A stretch of 64,000 bases of DNA, from contig NIVC01003296.1 in assembly GCA_002269645.1 (NCBI GenBank), forward strand, positions 41,900-105,899, in the 5' to 3' direction. Below, in pieces: positions 1-14,429 of the stretch; within the stretch, counting starts at the first letter, position 1, and every line of letters begins with the position of its first letter. A model generated the notes under the pieces. The model made no database searches, had not been told where the DNA came from, and was given only the letters and a program-made list of their open reading frames with translations. The DNA is from Macrostomum lignano. Lineage: Eukaryota. Both the position numbers and the translations under genes were made by a program.

Positions 1-139
1 GATAAACCGGAAATCTCACTCATCTCACCCAGTAGAGCAGGATTCGAAATCTCGGTCCATGGCAAGTGTCAAAAAAAGAAGTCAGTACCAAGAAAAAGAT
101 AACAAATATGAAGGAATTAAACTAGCCAGCAAGTCTTAC

Positions 140-2216
<2,077 letters not shown>

Positions 2217-2282
2217 CTGAAGAAATGGCAAGAAACACAAGACTATAGCTAGGCAATTGGACTGTCTTAACTTATCTTCTTC

Positions 2283-2965
2283 ATTTATCTTTCCCTCCGG
2301 TGAAATGTCTATGGCCTGACTGTCTCACCCCCTATCTCTCCTCATCTATCCTTCCCTCCGGTGAAATGTCTATGGCCTGACTGTCTCACCCTCTATCTCT
2401 CCTCATCTATCCTTCCCTCCGGTGAAATGTCTATGGCCTGTCTCACCCCCTATCTCTCCTCATCTATCCTTCCCTCCGGTGAAATGTCTATGGCCTGACT
2501 GTCTCACCCCCTATCTCTCCTCATCTATCCTTCCCTCCGGTGAAATGTCTATGGCCTGACTGTTTCACCCCGTATCCCTCCCCATCTATCCTTCCCTCCG
2601 GTGAAATGTCTATGGCCTGACTGTCTCACCCCTATCTCTTCTCATCTATCCTTCCCTCCAGTGAAATGTCTATGGCCTGACTGTCTCACCCCCTATCTCT
2701 CCTCATCTATCTTTCCCTCCGGTGAAATGTCTATGGCCGGACTGTCTCACCCTCTACCTCTCCTCATCTATCCTTCCCTCCGGTGAAATGTCTATGGCCT
2801 GACTGTTTCACCCCCTATCTCTCCTCATCTATCCTTCCCTCCGGTGAAATGTCTATGGCCGGACTGTCTCACCCCTATCCCTCCCCATCTATCCTTCCCT
2901 CCGGTGAAATGTCTATGGCCTGACTTTCTCACCCCCTATCTCTCTTCATGTATCCTTTCCTCCAA
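2283..2965 (+). repeat. ~60-bp minisatellite, ~11 copies
   Basis: Unit CCCTCCGGTGAAATGTCTATGGCCTGACTGTCTCACCCCCTATCTCTCCTCATCTATCCTT, immediately upstream of the first ELP4 acceptor. Confidence 0.95.
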
Positions 2966-3800
2966 TAAAATAATAAACATCAATTAACAACAGAAATTCA
3001 AAGCCAATCGGCAAGTACCCACACAAACAGTAAAAAGTTTTATTGACTGGCGCATCCACGGCGCAGCGAGATAATCGCATTTGTACGAGCTATTTGCCAA
3101 GCACACAGGGGTAAGAGGAGTGCAGATAAATTAACACTAGCACACTTTCAATCGACCATTTATGGACCGGAGGAGTTGAAATAGCAAACAATACTTTGTT
3201 ATAATAAATAAGCTAACTATATAAACATTTATCCCAATAAATTCGCCTGCAAAGTTTATTAAGCTGTCATGAAATAAAGAAAAGTTGACATCAAGCTATT
3301 TAAAACAAAAACTATAAATAAAATAACAACTTGAACAAATAATAAAGCTATCCAAATCATAATAATACAGGGATAAGAATGAAAGCGGAATCAACTAATT
3401 TAACTTAAAGAGAGGCAAGACGCTGATAAATGAAAAATATTTCTAACGGACGCAAACAAAGAGTGGCGCATTTTGTAACTTGGCCTTGGCAAAACAATCT
3501 TTCAGAGTTAAAAATGTAGAAAATTTATTATTTAATTCGCACTAAAAAATACGACCGGAAGCAAATCTGTGCCTTCTATCCTACATTTTATTTAGCAGCA
3601 AAAGTAATAAATTCGATCTACACGAATGCGCGATACACCCTACTAAAAGTCAGTCGTGTGAAAATTAAGCTAAAAATGTAAACACTGCATTTATTTTATG
3701 TATTGTTTTAACATAATATTGAAAATAAAAAAACTATTTCTAAAAGCCTAATTATTTATACGTTAATAAATAGTAAATTTCTGTTGTCAATATTACAGAT

Positions 3801-4108
3801 TTTTTATTACAGGTTGTGTGCACCCATTGTCACACAACCGGTGAGAGGCATTGCTGCCCATTCCGCCAACTCCCCTGAGCAGGCACACAAGCGCGCGGAT
3901 ACGTACGCAGTCATACGCACAGGCACACACTCACACAGGAGTGTACAGCGGCCCTAACTTTATTTATCGTTAGGCATGTACACTTCACTGTGCCTTGGGG
4001 GTTGGCCCTCAGGGGCGTTAATTGCACGAGCAACGACTGCACTTGGAATCGAGCCTGGGCCGCTGGCAGATCAGAGCGCCGCGCTAGACTACTGGGCTAC
4101 GGCCCTAT
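3801..4108 (-). mobile_element. Full-length tRNA-derived SINE
   Basis: Sense 5' end GGGCCGTAGCCCAGTAG (A-box, 4099-4089) ... GGCTCGATTCC (B-box, 4055-4045). 3' stem-loop GGTTGTGTG/CACACAACC, then A-rich tail. 11-bp direct repeat ATATTACAGAT at 3790-3800 and 4109-4119 (TSD). Confidence 0.85.
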
Positions 4109-4780
4109 ATATTACAGATGCATTATACTAGCTAATATGAACTAATATAAATATGAACTCCTATGATTTGTAGTTTAACTCTTTAAAATTTTGCTAGTCA
4201 AAGGCGAGAGACAAAGCATCAATTAAAATCCGACGAATAGCATTAAAGCATTCTCATTGTAGCGGCATAAAATCGACTTTTTTATTTACTGACTGTAACT
4301 GATAGACTGCTAGGGAAAGGCCAGCAAAAATATAGATTATATACTGAAGCTCAGCAAGATTTAAAACTTTGCGACGCACAAAGCTGTTCAATACTCGTAG
4401 AATCCCAAATCGATTCGTTTTCTCTCCTGTTGACAGACAGAAGCCGGGTTTACAGGGGATTTTTTACAAGGAGAATGTTACACCGATAGCAATAGACTAT
4501 AGAGGCTTAGGAGCTGGTAGTATCTGTTGTAATAACAGTTAATTTACTAACTAAAAGCATCCAGATGGACAAGTTTCTTAAAAAAATCCAACATTCCATC
4601 TTTGCGCTTCACAGACGTTCATCTAAGCAGCTAGTTGCTATCGACGCAAAACAAGCGAAACGACACACTAAATTAACAAAGAAAGTATACCGTTATTTTT
4701 TTAAATTTATTCTGCATATAAAGAAAGCAACCAAGACTGCAATGATTCGCGCGGACAAGCTACTTAGAGTAGATGAAATG

Positions 4781-5771
4781 TCAAATGTCCCGACCATTAT
4801 TAGCATGGGTAAAGCCGTTAGCCAGCTGCTGATGCTGATGGCCTTGGCGAGTTTCGAATCCGTCAACTGACTCGCCGTCGCCCTCGTCGTCCGTGGTAAC
4901 GTAGCCGTTGGTGACGATCTCCGGATAGGCCGGGGCCAGCATCTGCCTCATCTCCGGGTCTTCACCGGCCAGGTCCAGTGGCGTCTCGCCGCGCTGACAG
5001 AAAGGGGAAGAGGATTGTCAGTTAAACAAAATAAACAGGAAATTACTTGTTTAACAAAATAAATCTCTTGGGATAAACTTTTCAAATCACCCCAATTAAA
5101 GGCATAACCCCATAATTACAAGCAAACACCCCCATTAAGAGCAGAACACCTTAGGTAACAGCAGAACACCTCAAGTAAAAGCAGAACACCTCAGGTAAAA
5201 GCAGAAAATTCCTATGAAAAGCAGAATACCTCAGTTAAATCAGAACATCCCAATTAAAAAAGAGCATCCATAATATAAAATCACAAAACTCCAATACTCC
5301 AATCAGAAGCCGAACATCTCAAATGGAAAGCACGTTACAAAGATTGGGACCAGAAAAACGAATAGAAGCGGAATATTGCAGCTAAAAGCAGATTCTCACG
5401 CACCATGGACTTCCTCTCCGGATTGGCCCCGTAGCTAATCAGCAGTTCCACAGCCGCCTTCGCTTCCCGATTCACGGCCCAGTGAAGCGCCGTCCAGCCC
5501 GACATGTCAGCGGCGCCAACATCGGCTCCGTGGTCCAGCAGGCACTTGGCCAGCGGCAGGTGGCCGTGGTAGATGGCGAACATCAGCGGAGTGAAGTCGG
5601 CCTCGCCGCGAGCGCCCGATCTCGGCGGCTGGGATCGATCATCGACGCTTAGGCCGGGACAGCGGCTGAGCAGGCACTCGGCTATGTCCACTAGGGTGCG
5701 ATCGAAGCGTGACCTGGCGGGGAGGTGGCGGTGCCGTTAGCTGGCCGACTGGGACTGGCAGACAGACACTC

Positions 5772-5826
<55 letters not shown>

Positions 5827-5835
5827 GAGACAGAC

Positions 5836-5916
<81 letters not shown>

Positions 5917-5970
5917 CTAAGACAGACAGACAGACAGACAGACAGACGACAGACAGACAGACAGACAACA

Positions 5971-6021
<51 letters not shown>

Positions 6022-6034
6022 GAGACAGACAGTG

Positions 6035-6087
<53 letters not shown>

Positions 6088-6091
6088 CTCT

Positions 6092-6148
<57 letters not shown>

Positions 6149-7003
6149 CAAGACAGACAGACAGACAGATGAAGACAACAAGACAGACAGCTAGAGTAGC
6201 TAAACACTCAACCCCTCTCCAATTTACCTGTCCAACGGCAGGGCCGCCGGTCCATTAGAAGTCGGCGGCGCGATCGGTGCCGAAGAAACACTGTGGGTGG
6301 CAGTGTCGCCCTCTGCGTCAACAGCGGATTGCTTCTGCTGCTGCTGGTTGCGCGCGGCGGCGGCGGCAGCGGCAGCAGCGACGGCGGCCAACGCGTCCTC
6401 GCCGTCGCCATTGCCAGCGGAATCGCCGTTACCAGAGGCGGCGGCGGCAGCCTGCAGCTCGGCCATGACAGCGGCGTACACAGGCGAGTTGGCCTGGTCC
6501 AGACAGGCCGTGCTAACCCGCTTGCCGTTCTGACAGATTTGACTCTTTGGCGCCGCCCGGCACAGCTCGTGCAGGCAGTTGCGGCCGTCGTTATTCCGGT
6601 GCAGGAAGTCGCACCTGGCGTCCAGCAGGCAGCGCACAACGGCCGGCTGGCAGAAATAGCAGGCCATGATGAGGGCCGACCAGCCTCTCTCGTCTACAGC
6701 GCTGGGATCGGCGCCGGCTTTCAATAGCATTTGAACAATTTCATCTTGGCCAGTCATAGCGGAATGGTGCAGCGCAGTGTGCTGCTTGCTGTCGCGAGCG
6801 TCGACCTGGCAGCCGGCTGACAGCAGCAGGCGGACAATCTCCGGCTTGCCCTGGCTGGCCACGTGGATGGGGCAGGACTGGTGCACGTGGCTCACCCAGT
6901 TGACGTCGATGCCGCCAGATTCTAATAATTGGCGAACTTTCCATTCGCGACCGTAGCTGCAGCACTCCCAGAATGCCTCCTGTTTGGTGGCCGCCTGGCC
7001 CAT
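4781..7003 (-). CDS. Ankyrin-repeat protein, 432 aa (exons 7003-6228, 5713-5404, 4993-4781)
   Basis: Repeated ankyrin motifs ([55 protein letters not shown]). GT-AG introns with phases 2 and 0; spliced length 1299 nt. Confidence 0.9.
5759..6190 (+). repeat. (GACA)n microsatellite filling ankyrin intron 5714-6227
   Basis: Direct reading. Confidence 0.97.
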
Positions 7004-7159
7004 GTTGAGCGAATTGGCTGAAATGATTATATAGTATTATTGCTTACTAAGAGTTTTTAACAAACAGTTTGATGCAAAAGCAAAATTAAAAACAAACAAA
7101 TAGCCAAAAAATATATTTAAGGACACTCGCGAATTTATTCAACTTTGCTTCAGGGGATG

Positions 7160-7392
7160 GCGCCAACTCACAGACAGGCAGACAATGTCTAAGCGGCGCC
7201 AACTCACAGACAGGCAGACAATGTCTAAGCGGCGCCAACTGACAGACCGGCAGACAATGTCCAAGCGGTGCCAACTCACAGACAGGCAGACAATGTCTAA
7301 GCGGCGCCAACTCACAGACAGGCAGACAATGTTTAAGCGGCGCCGACTCACCGACAGGCAGACAATGTCTAAGTCGCGCCAACTCACAGACA
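7160..7392 (+). repeat. 36-bp minisatellite, ~6 copies
   Basis: Unit GGCGCCAACTCACAGACAGGCAGACAATGTCTAAGC. Confidence 0.95.
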
Positions 7393-9678
7393 TTCCATAG
7401 CCCCTAGCCGCAACCATGCCTGGATCCAACCGCTACAGTGGAGCAAGATGCACATTCGATGCGTTAAGAGAGCTAGCGATGATTTACCAATTTAACCGGC
7501 TTAGTTGCCATGACAACAAGCAAAAACAACAGGAAGTTATAACAACTAGCCCACCCATGGGATAGGACAGATACAAACAGACAGATTCAATGCCTATAGA
7601 GTCTTGCATATTATTGCACTAGCACAGATTCGCACTGCATAAGCACTGCCTGCGGCACCTAGAGAAAAGCTGACTGCGCAGAAACTCGCAGAAACTATAT
7701 AACATATGTATCTGGCTAGAGATAGAGCGACAAATAGGTGGCTACAGTTTAAACCCTGCTACTAGCAACTGTCGAGGTTACGATTTATCTTTAAGCTAGT
7801 AGGCCTTTGGCAAGACAAGATGCTCGAACGGATTGGGGCCACAACTGAACACATTTTATCACGTGCCTGGCCGGGGAGGGGGTGGGTTAACTGATATATT
7901 TCCGCCGCTTTTAACAAATTGTTACCAAATTGGTACAACCGTACATCGCCACCTGAGCTCTCAATTGGGGAATTTTCGGCTCCTTTTTCGGATTCAATAA
8001 CGGCATAGGTTAAAACACAAAAATGATAACCCAATGCGCAATGCAGAAACTGCACAATATTAGGCAATATTTTTACTTGAAAATTAACTGCGCCGTAACA
8101 TTTAAAAGAACTTGCAATAGCTCGTAATATAAATTAACTTACGAAGATTTCTAACGTCAGCACCAAGACTAATTCCAGACTCTAATGCCAATAGAAGTGT
8201 ATTCTGAATCGAAATGTAATATTAAAAAACTCAGTCTGAGGCGTAACCAAATCACTGTTTATCTTCGCCGTTGTAGAGAGCTACCCAATATTGGCAAGCA
8301 GACAGGCACTTTATATAACAGAGGCAAGTCGGTGAAGAGGGGGTTGGCTGCCTACTGCAGCTGGGTTCGCTCAGCTCTTAGCTTTAAATATTCTTTCATT
8401 TTCTGTCTGTCTATCCGAGGGGTCAGGAAGGAGACATGCTGATAGCGACTTAGCCAATGACGAAAAATTCGGCAGAACTCTAAAGATTATACAAGCTACG
8501 AAGTAAAATTATAAGCCTGCTTCTCTTTCCATTTTTACGAACACTATTGTGTTGTATACAAACTATGAGGCAGCCTATAGACCTGTCTTTCTTTAACACA
8601 TTATTCTTTCATGCCACTGTACTCAAGTGCAAGTGTAAGAATGAGCGGGAGGGTGGATTAAGATAGAAAATTTCTGATCTACTGAGAGCACGAAGACGGC
8701 CGAAAATGAGAACAATTAAATATGAAGCTCAGTTAAAGCGGTGCATTTAAAAAACAGTACTATTTTGCTTCGCTATCTATACCATATCAAAGCAAGCCCC
8801 CGCGCAGAAATTTCCATATTCGTCGACAAAATCAAGCACTTCTACTTGGAAATGAAAATAAACAGAAATGGGCGTGATAGGTGGTGAAAAATAGAGTAGA
8901 GCATAATATATCCATACATTCTAGTACAGAGAAATATACGCAATGGAACGCCATTTGCTGATGTGCGTGCATGCATGGCGGAATTTACGGGTTCAGTTTC
9001 TATAAACTGCACTGCGCACTCCCTGCATTACTGCAATCATTTGCAAGCCAAGATATGGTATGAGAGGATAGATCACGACAGTATAGATGACTTTCCGGTT
9101 TCGACTGGAAAGCATGCCAGTTGGATGGATTTACACGAGAAGTGCAGCTTAAGCGCAAATCGAGCTAATAATCATAAATAGGACTGACTATACTGCACCG
9201 AGAAGTGCCAAAAACGGAAATTGGTGTTGAAAAGTTCATTGCAAAGGGGAAAACAGCGCTCAGTTTGCACTCGTCCAAATTTTTCCCCAAAAAGCACTTG
9301 GAAGCCAAGCCGAACTAAATGGGAGATCTAGCCATGCCCATCGACCACTCTTCAATCAAGTGAGCAAGAGCAATTTATCATCAAAAGAAGAGAAAGCAAG
9401 AACCGCAAAAGAAAAATACTGGATTAAAGCCAGTCAACTATGCAGCAAACCGAATGCGGAGACACGCTCAGTACTCTGAGGATTTCACTAACCGAATTAT
9501 TGGTAGAAAGCAACGCTAGTTATGGACCTCGGCGGACAAGTCATGTGACGCGTGGGCGGCGAGAACACTGAAGTTCAAGAAGAGGTCAAGAAGACCTATA
9601 AGAGATGCACTCAATGCAGGTCACTGGTCGAAGGCCCTAGATACTAAATCTTAGGAAAAATTGACCAAGGCGAGTTAT

Positions 9679-10523
9679 TGACAATAAACATCTGGGAGAG
9701 GAACTCATTGGTGAATCTTATGGACAATCAACATCTGGGAGAGGAACTCATTGGCGAATCTTATGGACAATCAACATCTGGGAGAGGAACTCATTGGTGA
9801 ATCTTATGGACAATCAACATCTGGGAGAGGAACTCATTGGCGAATCTTATGGACAATAAACATCTGGGAGAGGAACTCATTGGTGAATCTTATGGACAAT
9901 CAACAACTGGGAGAGGAACTCATTGGCGAATCTTATGGACAATCAACATCTGGGAGAGGAACTCATTGGTAAATCTTATGGACAATCAACATCTGGGAGA
10001 GGAACTCATTGGTGAATCTTATGGACAATCAACATCTGGGAGAGGAACTCATTGGTGAATCTTATGGACAATCAACATCTGGGAGAGGAACTCATTGGCG
10101 AATCTTATGGACAATAAACATCTGGGAGAGGAACTCATTGGTGAATCTTATGGACAATCAACAACTGGGAGAGGAACTCATTGGCGAATCTTATGGACAA
10201 TCAACATCTGGGAGAGGAACTCATTGGTAAATCTTATGGACAATCAACATCTGGGAGAGGAACTCATTGGTGAATCTTATGGACAATCAACATCTGGGAG
10301 AGGAACTCATTGGTAAATCTTATGGACAATCAACATCTGGGAGAGGAACTCATTGGTGAATCTTATGGACAATCAACATCTGGGAGAGGAACTCATTGGT
10401 GAATCTTATGGACAATCAACATCTGGGAGAGGAACTCATTGGTGAATCTTATGGACAATCAACATCTGGGAGAGGAACTCATTGGTGAATCTTATGGACA
10501 ATCAACATCTGGGAGAGGAACTC
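9679..10523 (+). repeat. 43-bp minisatellite, ~20 copies
   Basis: Unit GACAATCAACATCTGGGAGAGGAACTCATTGGTGAATCTTATG. Confidence 0.97.
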
Positions 10524-12710
10524 AATCGAGTGGCAAACCAAGACGACAAAAACGATAGCGTCTAGTTTAGCTGAACTTGGGCTTACTAAATGTTGGAAAG
10601 TTGCTGCATTGGTTTGTAGTTTTTTTATTTAAAGGGGCTGCAAAGGAAAATGTATCTCTATAGCTTACAATCATTTTAAAGCGTTTTATTTCGATAAAAA
10701 TACCCCCAGGTGAAGAAAGCGCAAATTCAGGAAAATAAGCACCAGGCACGTGTTGCGGTGCCTAGAAAATGTCCGAGGCTCTTTCGCACGCATAGTTTTA
10801 CAACGGGATCAATTGAAAAGAAAGTCACGTACTTCCCTGCTACAGTCAAACAGTGAATCAACGTGAATAAAATGAAAAATGTTGCTTCCCTCGATCTTAC
10901 CTTCAGTAGTGCCAACTTATATAGTAGCCTCCAATGGAGCTGAGAGAGCTGTATTGAGCAGGATTAGCTAAGCTATTTGGCTAGATTGTATATTCTAAAT
11001 TGGAAAATGAAAGGGAAGGGAAAGAATACACTGAAAAGTGACTACACTTTTTAAAGTGACTATGAAGAGGCGGGAGATTCATATATAGTTATAGGGGAAG
11101 CGCGCTGAGAACAGCTGACTTGCTGCCGTCACCGTCTCCTCTCCCCTATCTCTGATTGGATCGGAGAGTTGAGCCCCTGCGTGAGTCAGAGTCACGCACG
11201 CTCAATGCACACTGAACTATAGAGAGAGCCACGCTAGTACCGGTAAGTGAGCTGTTGTGAGACAGCAACAGCAGCAGCATTTTTTGAGCAGCTGGGTGCA
11301 TGTGGCTCAGCTGTATCACCCCCACTCCCCCTGGGGCGTGGCAGGACGCAGGATAGAGAAAGCCGCAAAGGAAAAGAATTAAAAGACACGGGACAGCCTA
11401 ATGAGGGATTAATTTTCTGTCTTTAAAGACGCTAATTATATTCTATTAGTAAGAGAAGAATCCTTGCCGTAGACATTGCCCATAAATAATAAAAAATATG
11501 CGCCCTTACACAATATTTTTAGAAAGTGAGTAATCTCAAAACCATATGGCTAGAAGCTGTTAGATTAAAGGAAACCAACACACATTCTAAATAGCCAAAA
11601 AAAAGTTCAGAGAGTCCTGCTATTACGCTTCTGCGCAAAGCTAAAATATCAAATTAAAGGGAAATAAGCTGTAAAGCTACAGTCTGTGATGAGGAGCAGA
11701 CACAGGCAGGGAGCTGAAAAAATCTTATATATATAAGACAAAAAACGCGCAATAATTTGCATTACTTCTGTCGCACTAGCCATGCGGTGGACGCCTAAAA
11801 CATCTAAAAAAAGGAGTGCGCAGCAACACTGCGGGAGAGAGAATTGAGTAGTATAGTGCACGCGCACTGAGATTAATGCCCGGCCGCCAACAGCAAGCCA
11901 GTAGAATACACGTCTGGGAAGAGGATTAATCAGAAGACTATCGTCTAATCTCAGGCCCCGTGTCTCCCAGGGTTCGGAATTTCCCTCGTAATCTCCCCCA
12001 TTACCTACTGGAAAGTTTCCAGAGAGACTCAACCATCCAAATGGCGGCTTTCAGTCTCTCAGCAAAAGCCGGTCCAGCAACAAAGGCGGCGGCCAGGGCC
12101 AGGTCATCTATCGCGCTCCGCGGGGCATCCTATTTGATGAATAGCGGCTTAGTTATTAGTTCGACTACAGCATCCAGCGATTCATTAAGGCATTCTGTCG
12201 GGCGAAAGCAATCAAATTCTTCTCTAGAAGACCACAATATCATATTAGAAAAGCTTCGGTATATTGCATCATTAAAAAGTCTATCATGCTCGAACTGCTC
12301 TACTTACAAGAACAAGTAGACTAGAAAGAATTAACAGCAGGTTACAAAAAAGGGTTATTGGATCGGCTATAACATTATGCTGAATGCTGAAGCACAAAGA
12401 GCTTTCATTGACAGCTCTTTTGACATTGGATCTGTAAGTATCTGACTGACATGGCATGCATGCATCAGTCAATATGATTAATCGGCTGAAATCTAATATC
12501 TATTCTTCTAGACTAATCCGATGGACAGTTCTTACTCGCAGTGTTCAAAGGGACAGTTATCCCATTACAATGACGAGTCTCAAGAGATATGAGCAAATAG
12601 ATTAGTACAGCCAATCATAGAAAAGCCGAGAGTAAATAAAATCTAGAGAAATTATCATCTGGATTAATCGAACTATCAGTTTCAGCAATACTCCACCTTA
12701 AAGAGCAGCA

Positions 12711-13061
12711 ATGGTATTATTTCTACCTCAAACAAGTCGGCAAAGCTTCAACAAATGCGACAGACGCCTTTATTGCGCTTGTCAGACTCTCATAGTGCTA
12801 AGCTGTTTGGTTCTGGCAGCCACAGCAGCTGGTATGACAGCCATAGCGCTGACTGTCAAGTCGCCCTACATGGGACCGGAGGCGCGCCAGTTTGTGTACT
12901 ATTTCCGCCTAATTGGATACACAACTATCGGAGCCTGCAGCTTGGGCTTGTTCATTGGCTTAACCTGCACTTGGCGAGCAGCAGTGAGAAATCGAGTCCG
13001 ACTGCATGTGGCCATAGTAGAGGATGATGACAATGATGTCAATGGCATTAGTAATGCCTGA
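12711..13061 (+). CDS. Small predicted two-TM membrane protein of unknown family (116 aa)
   Basis: ATG-initiated ORF with two hydrophobic segments (LIVLSCLVLAATAAGMTAIAL; LIGYTTIGACSLGLFIGL) and an acidic tail. TTTCAG acceptor ends 25 nt upstream; a possible non-coding exon donor CCG|GTAAGT lies at 11243. Confidence 0.5.
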   Translation: MVLFLPQTSRQSFNKCDRRLYCACQTLIVLSCLVLAATAAGMTAIALTVKSPYMGPEARQFVYYFRLIGYTTIGACSLGLFIGLTCTWRAAVRNRVRLHVAIVEDDDNDVNGISNA

Positions 13062-14429
13062 TAGTAGACAGCAATAATGTGTGATTGCAAACAAGTTCTA
13101 ATTGTTGTGACTGGGTGATTTCCTAGCTCATTATGGCAGGATAGCCCCAGGCAGCACATTTTATTGTCATATGCACAATATCAAAATATACCACTCTTGA
13201 GACTTGTACTGACAAGAATACAATTGTCAACTAGTTTAACTATATGTGCAAAATTAATTAGAGCACAATATTCCATCAATGACCCAACTAACATTGGTGG
13301 CCTAGAATCAAAGTTCATGCATAGCAAATACTATAATTACCACTTTTGTGTGTGTTCTTCGCTTTTTTGTAACTAGTACCACTACAATAGGCTGAAATAA
13401 GTGATAAAATAGTTTGGAGTAAGAAGCCAAGAAATTATACTTTTGTGTTTAAAGAAATTTTCTGGCTGGCCCTTGCTAGCAAAGTTTATAGATCCAAATT
13501 CTAGAATTAAAGTCTTGTGTTTTATATCAAATTATTAGACTTCCAAAAGTTTGAATATTATAAAAAATAGAACAGAACAGTCTAAAGTTAATTTATCATT
13601 GCTATATAGGGCATACTGGAATACTATGAGTAGTGCTTGAGACAGAGATAGAATAAATATTTAGAATATTTAAAATCGAATTGAATCAACTAAACATTTG
13701 ATTCTAATCAGAATAAAAAGTTGATCATTTGAATAGTTGCTTTGATATGGAACAATGATTTGAGCAAGTAAAGAGTTGAGTTAGAGTATTAGCATTGTTG
13801 CTTATAAATGAAAATAAAGAATTGGAGATGAATAGGAATTAGAGAATTAAAGACTAAGAAGTTTGCATTTGAAGAGTTGAGAGTTTTAAGGGCTGTGGGA
13901 TTGTGGCTCATAAATGAGGGAGGGAATTTAGAATAGGATAACAAGTGACAATTCTTAAAGAAAAAGGCAAGGGTGCTTGAGCATTTGTGAGTAAATTGTG
14001 CTCAGATTGAGTAGTGAGGCTTTAGGTTTTGAGGATTTAGGTTAGGAGATAAAAAATATAAAAAATTGAGTTAATAGAACATGGATTTGGTGGCACTGAT
14101 TCCCACAAACTTGAAAAGGTAGGGTTGGCATTTGGTCTAAGTGCATTTCATTGAACAAGAATTAAAAATATAAGACTATTGGTTGAAGGCTATTAAAGGG
14201 AATAGGACTAAATATTAAATACTATAAGCTTCTAACAGTGAATATGACTAGACATTTTATAAATTTAATCATTGAAATTCATGGCTTTACCAAAGTGCTT
14301 ATTTGTGCAAGAGTTTTTCTCAAGAAAATAGCAACAACAAAGTTTTAGTAACTTGCAATGAATGTGGCAAGAAATTTGCTTATAGCTATTCAAACTTTTT
14401 GTGTAAATAACTAGCTACAAAGGAAACCC

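Noticed and set aside
4565-4870. 101-aa plus-strand ORF
   Set aside because: Antisense to the ankyrin last exon and 3' UTR; no recognisable domain.
5639-6207. CLSV and RQTD repeat ORFs
   Set aside because: Frames of the (GACA)n intron.
8600-9650. Possible degenerate BEL/Pao fragment (SANRA, HCKGENSA, EEKAR..KYWIKASQ resemble ANRV, HV.G.ENPAD, EE..A..WIK..Q)
   Set aside because: Matches are short, in different frames and broken by stops; too weak without a profile search.
11960-12319. 119-aa ORF and a possible minus-strand exon
   Set aside because: No motif and no consistent partner exons.
13440-14400. Inverted 5' half of the Penelope ORF
   Set aside because: Only faint motif resemblance in very AT-rich, decayed sequence.
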